A stretch of DNA of 64,000 nt from Paraspadella gotoi (taxonomy: Eukaryota > Animalia > Chaetognatha), in the NCBI GenBank assembly GCA_051294375.1, contig CM119271.1:12825039-12889038 (forward strand), read 5' to 3'. Positions 24,220 to 44,816 of this stretch are shown piece after piece. The position numbers and the translations under genes are program-made. Position 1 is the stretch's first letter, and each line of letters begins with the position of its first letter. The notes under the pieces are model-generated. The model ran no database searches, was not told the origin of the DNA, and saw only the letters and a program-made list of their open reading frames with translations.

Positions 24220-27124
24220 AAGAAGAAGATTCCGCGTCGACCCGGCAAAAGGGAAAGGGGGCGATCCGAACCGCAATAATATACTATTCAGGAGAATACA
24301 CATTTATGAATATCAATATTTTATATCCATGAAACTCGAATCGATAATGAATAAAGACAAAAATTTCGGGAGGGAAAACAAAGAATCAACATGTTCAGTT
24401 TTTGCCCAAACCCCCCCCCTTCTCCCCCTAGTTGGTACAACCAATATAAAAATATTTATTCGAGGATTTGGTTTTGGACAGGCTTTGTCTTTTGACAGTC
24501 TTTGGATAGATTTTGGATAGACTTTGGATAGACTTTGGACAGGCTATGGTAGTTAAAATGCCTCCATCTCTCTCACAAGATAATTGTAGTTGCTGGTCGC
24601 TCCACGGTTTTATTTTTCTCCGACGAAATAAATCGTCATTTACGTGTCTTTGCTAACGATATTTTTGCACCGAAACATTTTTTTTCCTTTCTAATCCCTC
24701 AAAAACCAAAGATTTTGATTTTATGGTTCGTTTACGCCGCTTAATAAAATTAATAATAATAATATTAATAAAATAAAATACTAACTGGATCCAAACCATT
24801 GCGATAGTTTGTGCACTTTGTGTCTCGAACGGAGGATCAACGCTCAAAAAAGGAAAGGAGATTTTGTAGTATTTTTTTTTCTTTCTTGTCATTCGATTCG
24901 ACTTAATACTTTTAAGGAAATATGTACTAAAATCACGGACTAGGCATAGTTTTTTAATCGTTAACGTTTATTTTAGAAACATGGTTTTTAGAAAATATGT
25001 TGTTTTTTTTTGGAACAGTTTTTGACCATGCATGCTTTCGGGAATGAATGGTAACAATATAATTACAATGTTTCTTAAATTTTTTTAAAATGTTTACAAA
25101 ATATATTAAAGTTTGAAATTGAGCTAATGACAAAAAAAAAAGAGAAATATTTCAAGTCAGAGAAAAAGAGAGAGAGAGTCAGAAAGGTAAAGAGAAAGAG
25201 AGATAGTTTGTTGCGAAATTGTGAAACATATGATTTACAAATTTTCAAACACAATTTTCCAAAGTTTAAAATGTAAAATAAAAATATAAACAACAATATC
25301 AATCTCAATATTCTCAATACTTCCATTTAACTTAATTATTAAACGATTCGTCCCAAAAGAGAAAGCGTGCCTTTTGTTTTTTCTTCTCCTCTTCCTCCTC
25401 AGCGACATCTCTCTTCTTTTCCTAAAATCTGTTCTTAATTCGATGGCTGCATTTGGTTCGCTGCTTCGTAGCCAGTTGCGACTCTTTTACGCCAATAGTT
25501 GCCAACATTTCGAGACAAACTCTAATATTGCTTCAAGAATTACGTTCATTTTGCGTAAAAAATTCGTCGTTGTTACGATAAATTTCGTCATGAACTCATG
25601 ATTGCTGTAATTTCTTTTACTCTTTGGTATTTAACTGAGCACATGTTTCGTAATCGTTACGTAAACATGACATCATTCTTGAACGTGTAGGGATTCGTTT
25701 TTGAAATTAAGAGGTGTAGTCTTGAAAAAAAAAACATTTTACGGGACTGCACTGGGGGGAAAAACTATATTAAATTTGTCCAAACAAATCAGGGTAAGTA
25801 GATATATTTGAGGATATTTAAATAATCCTAATGCTCACTCTTAAGTTAAAACGTATCGTCAGAATTTTACTCATCGAATGATAACCTTAAATAATTTTAA
25901 TGTTATTTAAATATTTACGAATGAATGGAACGGAAAATTGACCCAGAAAAAAAAAAAAAAAAAAGATAATGAAACCATATTCATTCATAAATTATACAAA
26001 GTTGGATTTCCGATTTCGCTTTACCATTGACAAGTTCTAAACTTTGATTTAAAAATAAAACTAATTCGGGCCTGCGCTTAGACTAGTTTTTTGATGATTC
26101 GCTTAATCAGCAGAAAATTAATGAAATCGATTTGAAGAATGTGGCAAGAATCATTAGGAATCATCTGTCTTTTATCTCATTTCTCTTTTCCGCCTTGTGT
26201 CCCAAACTGTCTGTCTTTTCATTCGGTTTAATAGTATCATCTCTCTTATTTCGTGATCGGTACGTCCGATCGTCTGTCTGTCTGTCTGTCTGCCCGCCCT
26301 CTTAACGGTTCAAGCGATTATAGTTCAAACTTTTTTGTTCCAAAAAAAAACTGGTGAAGTACGAGTGCACCGACACTGTCCTAAAACAGTTAACCTTTGA
26401 ACATTTGTTACCACTAGATCTGAGAAGGCTGTCGGATCCTTTTAAATGAAAAAGAAAAAAAGATAGATTATTAAAAATGAAATCGTTTGTTCTGCTCCTG
26501 TCGTCGTAAGCTGCTGCTGTAGATTAGAGAGAAGAATGAATGAGTCATTGAACCGTAATTGGTAAGTCCGGCCTTACCCAGTTTTCGAATTTAAGCTTTT
26601 TAAAAGAGAAAAAAAAAAACTCGGACGATTATATTAAAACTGATAAGTTTATTATTGTCGGCGGAATTTTTTAAGGCGAAATAATAAACGGCGAATCTTC
26701 CCGATGTAGGAGAAAAAGAAATGTGAAACGATATTTTTTTATCCTCGTGTGCGGACAAAGAACAGATACAGAACAAAGAATAGAGACAGAGTCTTTAAAT
26801 TTTTTTTCTTTAAAATTGTTACCGCGAATTTAGTCTGCGGTTTATAGTTAACAATCTAAACATAAATTATCATTTATTAACCTCCTGATCCATGATATGG
26901 AAAAAAATAAAGAAATAAGAAAAACCGCGAATAAAAATTCCGGGCAAATTATAATTAAATTTGGCTTTAAATTACAACGGCGAGGTTAAACGAACGCGTT
27001 GCCGACCTTTTCTTTCTTGAAGCTACAACTAAAAATCAAAACGAAAAAGAAACAATAACAAAAAAAAAACAAAAACAAAAAAAACAACGTCGCTTCCTCG
27101 AAAAAAGCCTTCTGCCTCAAAACG

Positions 27125-27330
27125 TCGAAAAACGAAACTCGGGCGAAACGAAAACGAAACAGAAAAACGAAACGAGGGCTTAACGAAAACGAAACTAGGG
27201 CGAAACGACAACGAAACAGAAAACGTAATTAGGGCGAAACGAAAACGAAACAGAAAACGAAACTATGGCGAAACGACAACGAAACAGAAAACGTAATTAG
27301 GGCGAAACGAAAACGAAACTAGGGCGAAAG
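27125..27330. repeat. ~35-bp minisatellite
   Basis: GGGCGAAACGA(A/C)AACGAAACAGAAAACG... about 6 copies. Confidence 0.8.
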
Positions 27331-27448
27331 GGTTTAAAAGTTAACAGGAGCCGAATTTTAGGATTTTTCTTTTTTGTTTTCCGCACCCAAATAAAGTAGT
27401 TTATTTAAAAAAAACAAACATTATTCCTCGGTATCACGACAATCGAAT

Positions 27449-27481
<33 letters not shown>

Positions 27482-27724
27482 NNNNNNNNNNNNNNNNNNN
27501 NNNNNNNNNNNNNNNNNNNNNNNNNNNNNNNNNNNNNNNNNNNNNNNNNNNNNNNNNNNNNNNNNNNNNNNNNNNNNNNNNNNNNNNNNNNNNNNNNNNN
27601 NNNNNNNNNNNNNNNNNNNNNNNNNNNNNNNNNNNNNNNNNNNNNNNNNNNNNNNNNNNNNNNNNNNNNNNNNNNNNNNNNNNNNNNNNNNNNNNNNNNN
27701 NNNNNNNNNNNNNNNNNNNNNNNN

Positions 27725-27757
<33 letters not shown>

Positions 27758-28883
27758 CACCTGCGCAGATTTGATGGTTTCCGTCGCAGATTTTGAGAAA
27801 AATAAATAAATTATTGAAAAAAACATTTTATTTTCGCCCGTTAATTTCGACGGGCGCTAACGAACCGTTAAAAATTATTACAAATTATTACAGATTATTA
27901 CAATTCATTAGAGAGAGGCATTTACGAAATTCGCACAACCAATATCTGTTTATTTATCATTAAATAAGATATTTTGCCTTCTGAATTTGGACCGTATTAT
28001 TAAATATAATTAAATATTATTAAATATTAACCACGAAAGTAGACAAACGAGAAACTCTCTCTAATTTCCTCATAGGTCCATCGTTAGACCGAAACGAAAT
28101 TGGGTACTATTTTCCGAAAGCGGCCCAGTCCTGTTTTTAATTTTGAAATTTAATGTTATCTCAAATATTTTATTTTTTTTATATAAATATTTAATTTATT
28201 CTTTAATCCTTAACTGTAAACCTAATCACAAGTCTTAATCTCTCGAATCATTAACTAAACCTTAACCCTTAACCTTATTTAGCTTAACCATTAATTTAAT
28301 CTTTAAACTTAATCAATTATATATTGAAATATTATACCACTTCATTGATAGGGAAGCCAGGTTCACTGGGAGTGAATAAACAAGTCTGTGCGAGAGGCTT
28401 GATTAAAAGCTTGCAGAAACCTGTTATGTTATTATCTTGCAAGTGTGATGGAGACCTTAAACCACCGAAGCCTGTCCAAAGTCAGGGACAAGATAGCTTA
28501 TTTATTAAATGAATGGATAATTTTTATATTGGTTGTACCAATTTCATATTTAAGCGTAAGACACTTTAGAAAAAAAAAGACGCGGCCCAAAATCGCTTTT
28601 CTCCACCATGAGAAAAACTCGAATTAACTCGAATTTTAATCAAAACTATTTTTCTTTTTCCAGGAAAAAAAAAACAGAAAGAAAAAAATGGATCGCAAAG
28701 AATTCGATTCGATTCGTTAGTAAAAACTTTTTCTCGAATTCTTACGCTTTTTTTTTCAAATTCCGCAGGAAAATTTCAAAAAAAAAAAAAAAAAATTTAA
28801 TTAAATAAATACTACTACTAATATTTCGGATAAATAGAAAAAAAAAGGTAACAAAAAAAAAAAGTCCTTTTTTCCTCGCGTAA

Positions 28884-36620
<7,737 letters not shown>

Positions 36621-38119
36621 AATGACTAGTTTCTTTTTTTTTTTAATGAAAAAAAAAATGCGGGGACAAAATTTTTGTCAAAAAGTTAACCTGGAAATAT
36701 TACATGTGCCGTATTATTATTTCATATTAATTTATATTTAAAAGGTTTGTTTTACGATGGAATAATTATAAGGTTATCTTTTTTTTTATGACGTAGATAC
36801 ATCGTCCCGTCAGAAACCATTTTTGGGGGAAAAATTAATGATTTAATATTTTATCGGTTTTTTAAAATTTTAATTCGATTAGGTTTAATATCCTGCCGCT
36901 CCCCTCCAAGAGTATTTTTAAAAAATCGATTATAGGTCTCCATCGCTTGGCAAAAAAAAATAAGTTGTCCCCTTCAAGTTTTCCCTTCTCACCGTAGTGG
37001 ACCGCTTCGCGAGCGAAACATCCAACGATTCAATTACTATGCAATTTATCAACAGTGAAAATTCACAGATACGCATTCGTGTTGGATCGGGAGAGAGCGA
37101 TTGTGATTTTTTTTGTGTCTACGTTATTTAATGTTTTTTTTTATAAATATATGATTATTTTTTCCGATTACTAGACGTACGATTGCAAAGTTCGGGTTAA
37201 AATTTTTTTATTCGTTTTGGGGGGCAAGTGCTCTTTAACTGGAATCTTTGAATCAGAGCCTGGCAATATTTTTTTATGTATTATCTTGTCTTATATTCAC
37301 AATACTCTTTCAAACGTAACGGTACTCGTTTCTACTTTATCCATTGTTAATTTTTTTTTAGGCAATAGTAATATAATAACAATCGTTGGGATGAGCCTTG
37401 GGGTACTATTTTTTTTAATGTGTATTTTTTTTTTTGACAAATATTTAGTGATAACCAATTATTTCATGAGTGTCTCCTACGAAACTATTTGTTGATTAGC
37501 AAAAAGAACCAATGAACCAATTTCGGAGATAAATATTGCCTTAAGATTCTCTCCCTCCCTCTCCTTCCTTTATTATATTGCATTCGTGCGTACAGCACGT
37601 ACGTACATCGTTGATTATTGCATTTTATATTCCGCCGTGATTCGTACGGGATTGAAAAAAAGGATCGCTCGATCCGAATAATCCCTAACGAATTTTATTT
37701 TTAGGCATCAAATTCGGAGCGAAAGTCGCTTTTAATATATAATATTTTAATTATATATTATTAAAACAGCGTTCCTCGCTCTCTCTCTCTCTCTCTCAAA
37801 AAAAAAGTCTGCTCTCGTCCGTGGCGACGATCCGGACAACATCCTTTTGTTTTCTTCGATTTTCTCTCGCCAGGTGGCGAACGGACCGAGGCGATTTTCC
37901 AGAGAAAAAAAGAAATAAAAGAATTTGATTAATTTTTATTATTATTATTATTAATATTATAATAAACAAACAAAAGGATTTTATGTAAATTATATGTAGA
38001 CTCTTTTTTCTCGAGTTCGTGAGTCCAGAGTTGATCGTTCCTCTGAAAAAAAAAAGGAATTTACGGCTGCTCTCGTTTTTCTCTCGAATCGTCGCAAATG
38101 TAGTTTGTACTTTTATTTT

Positions 38120-38156
<37 letters not shown>

Positions 38157-38851
38157 CTCTCTTCTCTCTCTCTCCTCTCTCTCTCATCTCTTCCTCTCTC
38201 TCTCTCCTCCCGCCCACCGCTCTCAACTTTTTGCCGCGTTGAATTAGGTTATAAATACAACTTTTTTTCTTGAAAAATAAATGAAATTACATCCGCCGTC
38301 TATTATTTGTTTCGGTTGCTTGGAGACCAAAGTTAGGGAAACTCATGTATTCGAGTTTTCAATCGCTATCATTAATTTCAATACTCGTGCTTAGAAATTA
38401 AGTGGATCAAATGTTAAATAATGATTAAAGTCGATTCAAGTTAAAATTTAGGAGATCCCGTAGTACGTTGTCAGCCTTAAGACTAGTATATTCACTTGAT
38501 AAATTCATAAATTCGAAGTTAAAAAGTCTTTTGTTTTTTTTTTATTCCCCGAAACCGACCAAACGCAATCATAGCGGGACAACGCCAAACGAATACATTT
38601 TTTCCCCTTTTGTTCGTGGTTTGTTGCGTAAACAAGAATAGTAGAAACCCCCGAGAAGAAAATCTACTTATAGTATTTCTTTGAGCATAGGCAATTTCTT
38701 CAAAAAATTAATTTTTTTTATTTATTCGTTTTTAATTGAATAAAGACTCGACCCGTGGCTAGGTTCGCAGGTACGCGTAATAGTTTTATAAAGTTTAATA
38801 TATAAATGAGAATATCGTTAGTAACGATATGATTCTTACCGCGCGCGTCAG

Positions 38852-39463
38852 ATGGCGCTCCGTTGGGCTCGACTGGCGCAGCACCTGCGACCGTCCTCAG
38901 TCGCCCGGCAGGTGCCGCGACGTTTCCTGCGTCAAGGGCCGACGCCCGCGGAGCGCGGCAACCCCGTCGTTGGCCTCGTCGTCGTTGGAGCCGCGGGGGC
39001 CGGTCTAGCGTATCAGGACATGCAGTATCAGGTCATGCAGTATCAGGACATGCAGTATCAGGTGGAGAAAGGGGGTTGGGGTATAAGGACAGTATTAGGT
39101 GAAGTGGGGTATCCGGTTGTTTATCAGGATGCACTTAATCTTCGGGGAAAAGAAAGAAAAAAAAATTGGCAAAAGAAGAAANNNNNNNNNNNNNNNNNNN
39201 NNNNNNAAAAGAGAAGAGATTGACATTCCAACGCACCATAGTCTTCCTGTTTTTTTTGGGGGGGGGGGTGGGTTATGTTGTAGCGTCGGGAAAGGAGAAA
39301 GTCAGTCAGTCAGTCAGTCAGTCTTTCTTTTTCTTTCTTTCTTCTTTCTTTCTTTATCTTTCTTTATTTCTTTATTTTTCTTTATCTTTTTCTTTCTTTT
39401 CTTTTCTTTCTTCTTTTTTTCTATTTGTCAAAATGTTGATTTCTTTTTCCTCTCCACTTGTTC

Positions 39464-39516
<53 letters not shown>

Positions 39517-41103
39517 ATCGTTTCTTGTCTCTCTCTCTTTCTTCTCTCTCTCTCCTCCGTCTAAATTAGTTTAGTCGACCCTTCCAGTTTATTTATCAAG
39601 TCCTCTCCAAAACCTGCTGTCCGCTGCCATGCCTTCCAAAACCGCCCCGCAGCGAGTGGACGGACTTGCAAATTCGTCCTTGCATGTGCGCGGCGGAGAC
39701 TTGCGTCCAATGCAGATGTCGCACTAAATGCGAGTGGGAGGAACTCTGCGCGGAGGAAGAGAGAAAGAAGAGAGAGGCGGNNNNNNNNNNNNNNNNNNNN
39801 NNNNNNNNNNNNNNNNNNNNNNNNNNNNNNNNNNNNNNNNNNNNNNNNNNNNNNNNNNNNNNNNNNNNNNNNNNNNNNNNNNNNNNNNNNNNNNNNNNNC
39901 GCCGCTCTCTACGGCGGCAGCGGACGTCTCAAGGACCCTGGACCAAAGTGTCCGCCCGAGACGCCCAAGATGGCGCCACCGCCGTCGGGCGGCGCCGAAA
40001 AATGTAAGAAGGACAAGTGCGACGAGAAGAAACCGCCACCGCCGCCGCCTCCGCCGCCACCGCCGCCTCCGAAGCCCAAATCTTCAGCGCCGCCGCCCCC
40101 GCCCATGGGTAACAAAGCCTCTTGCTCCAAGGACGACAAATGCAGCGGAAATATGCGGCTGGAGTTGACGCCGCAGCCGGAAACGCCGGCCCGGAGATGG
40201 GCGGAACCGACGCCGCGGGCGGAACCCGTTCAAAGGTCGCGTCCGCCGCCGAAACCCGCCGTCTGGACGAGCGAAACCGTAGACAAGGATGCGTACGCGG
40301 CCAAACCAACGTCTTACACGTACAGCGGCGGACGCCTGTCCGCCTATCAGCCGCAGTCGGCTACGCCGCCGCCTCCGCCGACGATGCGGCCGCCGTCTTT
40401 GGAACTCGGCGGTGGCGGCGGCGGCGGCGGGGGATCTTGCAAGAAGGAAAAATCTTGTCCGCCTCCAAAGCCGTCGCCCTGCTGCGACGACCAAGACGAC
40501 TACAAGTGTCCGCCGCCGAAACCGAAGCCTTGCTGCGGCGACGAAGATGGTTACAAATGTCCGCCCCCGAAGCCTAAGCCTTGCTGCGGCGGCGAGGACG
40601 ATTATAAATGTCCGCCGCCAAAACCCAAACCTTGCTGTCCCAAGGAGGAAAAGGTGCGAGAGAAGAAAAGTTGGAACATAAATAATAGAAACGATAAAAA
40701 AATAGTAATAGTAATAATTATAATAATAATAATAGTAATAAGGGAATATATGGGAATATAAATATAGAAATAATATTTATATTCCCATTAAATATTTTTT
40801 GTATTATTTATATAATTTTATATTATTATATTATTTTATACTATATTATTTCCATCTCTTTCGTCCAATCAGAAGCCGAAATGTCCTAAACCGAAGCCGT
40901 CGGGTTCGACCTGCTTCCCGGCGGAAGTCTTCGAGTGTCCAGAGCGATCGCCGAGACCTCCGAGTGAGTCGTTGGGGGGGGACGAGTAGGAGACGATGAA
41001 GGTTGCTGAAGAGAATGTGGGATGTTCCAGAGGTCCGGTCTCGCGGTTCCAAATTTAAAATTGAATACACTTATTTTATTTCATAGCTCTTTTTCTCTCT
41101 AAT

Positions 41104-41143
<40 letters not shown>

Positions 41144-42723
41144 CCTCTCTCTGTCTCTCTCTCCCCCCCCTCTCTCTCTCTCTCTCCCCCTCTCCCTCTC
41201 TCTCTCTCTCAAATTGTCTTCTGACTCCTACAAATCCGCTTCCCTTTTGTTTTTTCAACTCAGACGTTCCCATGCTGCCCACTTGCGATCACGTGATGGA
41301 TCTTCCTCCTCTTCCTCCTCCACCTCCGTGCGGCGAGGTCCCCATCCCTCCTCCTCCTCCTCCTCCGCCGCCGGACATGCTGGTCGATCCGGAGGACGCT
41401 CCGCCGCAGCTGCCGGATCCGGTCATGGCCGAGGAGATTCCGCCGCCGCCGTGCGCTCCGCCGGACGATACCATCTTGCCGCCGCCGGTGCCTTGCTTCC
41501 CGCTCGATCCTCCGGCCGCCGCGATGAACAAATGCGACATCGGAGACGCGACGGGTAACAACAGCAGGGGCGGCGACAGCAGCGGCGGGGACGAGACGGG
41601 TAACAACAGCAGTCGCGGCATCGGCAGCAGGGATAAGACGAGTAACAACAGCTGCCGAAGCAGAGAGAGAAGGAGCAAGAACGTCAATAGAGACGAGATC
41701 AGCAGCCGCAGCAGAGACAAGACGGGTAACTACAGCATCGGCAGGGACGAAACGGGCGACAACAGCAGCGGCCTCGTCGTCAAAAAGGAAAGGGTCGTAG
41801 CGAAGTCGTCGTCGTCGTCTTCGCCGCCTCCGCCGCCGCTTCCGCCGCAGCTGCTGACGTCTGTCACCTCGTCGCCGCCAGCGTCCGTATCCTCTTTCCC
41901 GAGGGCGCCTTCGTTTGCGGCGCCATCGTCTCCGCCGGCGTCGTCGTCGCCGCGCGGCGGACTCATTGACTTGACGCCGAAATCTGAGACGCAGAGAGAT
42001 GAGGGAGAGACGACGACGATGGCGACGACGAAAGAGACGATGGCGACGACGACGAATGAGACGATGGCGACGACGAAAGAGATGATAGCGACGACGACGA
42101 CGACGACGACGACGATAGAGGGCGTTGGAGACGGAGATGACACGACAGGTTCGTCTGACGGTTTGTCTTACATGTTTCGTCCGTCTGTCTGTCCGTCGGT
42201 AAGTGCCGTCTATCTATCCGTATATGGCTCTTTGTCCGACTGTCTTTCCTGTCTGACTTTCTGCTCGTTTGCCTTATCTGTCTGTCTGATTTTTGTTGTT
42301 TTTGTTTTTTTGTTTATCACGCCTTCGTTTTCGTTCTTTTATTAACTTTTTTTAAAACTTTTTTTCTTTAATTTTTTTTTAAATTTTGTTTTTTATTTTC
42401 ATTATCACGAGCCACGAGAGCTTAGATCAATTGTTGTTGTTGTTGTTGTTTGTTTGTTTGTTTTTTTCCCTTTTTTCGTAAAAATTGAAGAAAAAAAAAC
42501 CCGATTATTTTCTCGTTATTTCTTTTTCTCTCTCCGTCCAGAGACGGACGCAGCCCTGCAGTCGCCGCCGCCACCGCCGCAGCAGCCGCCGAAGAAGAAG
42601 AAAAAGCGAAGCAAGAAGAAGAAGGAAAAGAGCGAAGACGCCGCAGCCGCTGACGAGTCCAACGCCTGGTCGTCACCGGAATCGTACGCTGCGTCTCTCA
42701 TGAAACTCTTTCCTAGAAAATGA
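38852..42723 (+). CDS. Orphan Pro/Cys-rich protein with mitochondrial presequence-like N-terminus and one TM helix (~800 aa, 5 exons, gap inside exon 2)
   Basis: Exons 38852-39061, 39588-40653, 40873-40964, 41264-42148 and 42542-42723 join in matching phases. Arg-rich N-terminus without acidic residues, hydrophobic VVGLVVVGAAGAGLAY, 3x (DDYKCPPPKPKPCC) repeats, poly-Pro tracts. Confidence 0.7.
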
Positions 42724-43676
42724 GGATAAAATAAGGGGGAGGGAGAGGGAGAGAGTGGGAGAGAGGGAGAAAGAGAGGGAGAGAGAGAGAGTGGGGAGGG
42801 AGAGGGGGGGAGGGAGGGGGAATGGTCAATGAGGAAACGTCGTCGTAAATTGAAAACTGAAAAGGAAAATAAAACTGTGTTTATTTAATTAAATATTTAT
42901 TAATTATTTTTTTATCAAGGAAATTAGAGTATAGGGATTATGATATAATGATATTGTTACAGAAAAGAAAAGAGAGGAAAAGGGGAGGAAAGGAAAGAAA
43001 AGAAAAGAGAGGAAAAGGGGAGGAAAGGAAAAGAAAGAAAAGAGAAAAAGAGGAGGAAAGAAAAGAAAAGAGAGGAAAAGGAGAGGAAAGAAAAGAGAGG
43101 AAAAGGGGAGGAAAGGAAAGAAAAGAAAAGAGAGGAAAAGAGGAGGAAAGAAAAGAAAAGAGAGGAAAAGGAGAGGAAAGAAAAGGAAAGAAAAGAGAGG
43201 AAAGAAAAGAAAAGAGAGGAAAAGGGGAGGAAAGAAAAGAAAAGAGAGGAAAAGGAGAGGAAAGGAAAGAAAAGAATAGAGAGGAAAAGGAGAGGAAAGG
43301 AAAGGAAAGAAAAGATAGGAAAAGAGGAGGAAAGGAAAGAAAAGAAAATAGAGGAAAAGGGGAGGAAAGGAAAGAAAAGAAAAGAGGAAAAGAGGAGGAA
43401 AGAAAAGAAAAGAGAGGAAAAGGGGAGGAAGTGAAAGGAAAGAAAAGGAGTGGATTGCTAAAGAAGAGTAGGGGATAGGACGAAATAGTGAAAGAACGTA
43501 GGATGTAGGAATATAGTATTTCAATTTGTTGTATTTCGTTAGAGAGGATAAAATAGTCAATATTAAAAAGTTGACAGATAAAATAGAATAGAATAAAATA
43601 GGTGAGTTTAAAGTAAGATCGGGTAGGTGAGGTTACGACAGGAGCGTGACAACACGGAGAGAAGAGAATGGTGAGC

Positions 43677-43707
<31 letters not shown>

Positions 43708-43826
43708 TGAGAGTGAGAGTGAGAGAGAGCGATAGAGAAAGCCTCTTTGAATTCATGGTCCTTTGCGACTCACGGAATCGCGTTAGTTTTTTTCCTCTTT
43801 TTTTTTGTCCGAGAAACGACTTTCTC

Positions 43827-43885
<59 letters not shown>

Positions 43886-43973
43886 TCTCTTCCATTTTCG
43901 TCCGCGTCATCGAGACCATTTCGTCTCTTCCTTTCAAAGGCTTTTCCCCCCTCGAAAAGTGTCTCTTTCTCTG

Positions 43974-44074
<101 letters not shown>

Positions 44075-44490
44075 CATCCTTCCATGTTAACCTTTCTTCT
44101 CACTTTTACCTTGGGAAGCCGTTTTTTAATATTTAACTTAGAGTTTAAAAGCTTTCTTGTGTACGGTATTGTATTTGTTTGTATTTATTTAGTATTTCAG
44201 TTCATCTCTTTTCCTTCAATTTTCTATCTGTCATTTCTTGACCATCTTTCGCTTCATCTATCAATCATATTTTTCTATTTTCTATTTTCTATTTTTCGCA
44301 TTCCATTATTTTCGTCTTTGTCCTGTCATTTCAGCCATCTTTCTTATTCCGTCGGCGGCCATCTTTGTTTTTTCTTTTCAGCCTCGTTTCCGAATTTTTT
44401 TTTTCTTCGTTTACTTTCGCTTCGTAGGAACTTTGCTCGACGACGAATCTTCTCTTTCCGTCCGTCGTCGTCGTCGTCGTCGTCGTCGTC

Positions 44491-44522
<32 letters not shown>

Positions 44523-44696
44523 CTCTCCTCTCTCGTCTCTCTCTTCTCTCTCTCTCTTCTCTCTCTCTCTCTCTCTCTCTTCATATCCACGATTCAATTC
44601 TTTGTTTTCTTTTTGTTTTCTTTTCTGTTTTATTTCCTTTCTTCGCTTGTCTCTCCGTTCCTTTCCCGGGAAAATAAACACGTTTCGCGTCGAAGC

Positions 44697-44816
<120 letters not shown>

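Noticed and set aside
42904-43560. Long F/L/S/P-rich and K/R/E-rich ORFs
   Set aside because: Purine-rich simple repeat that lacks stop codons because of its composition
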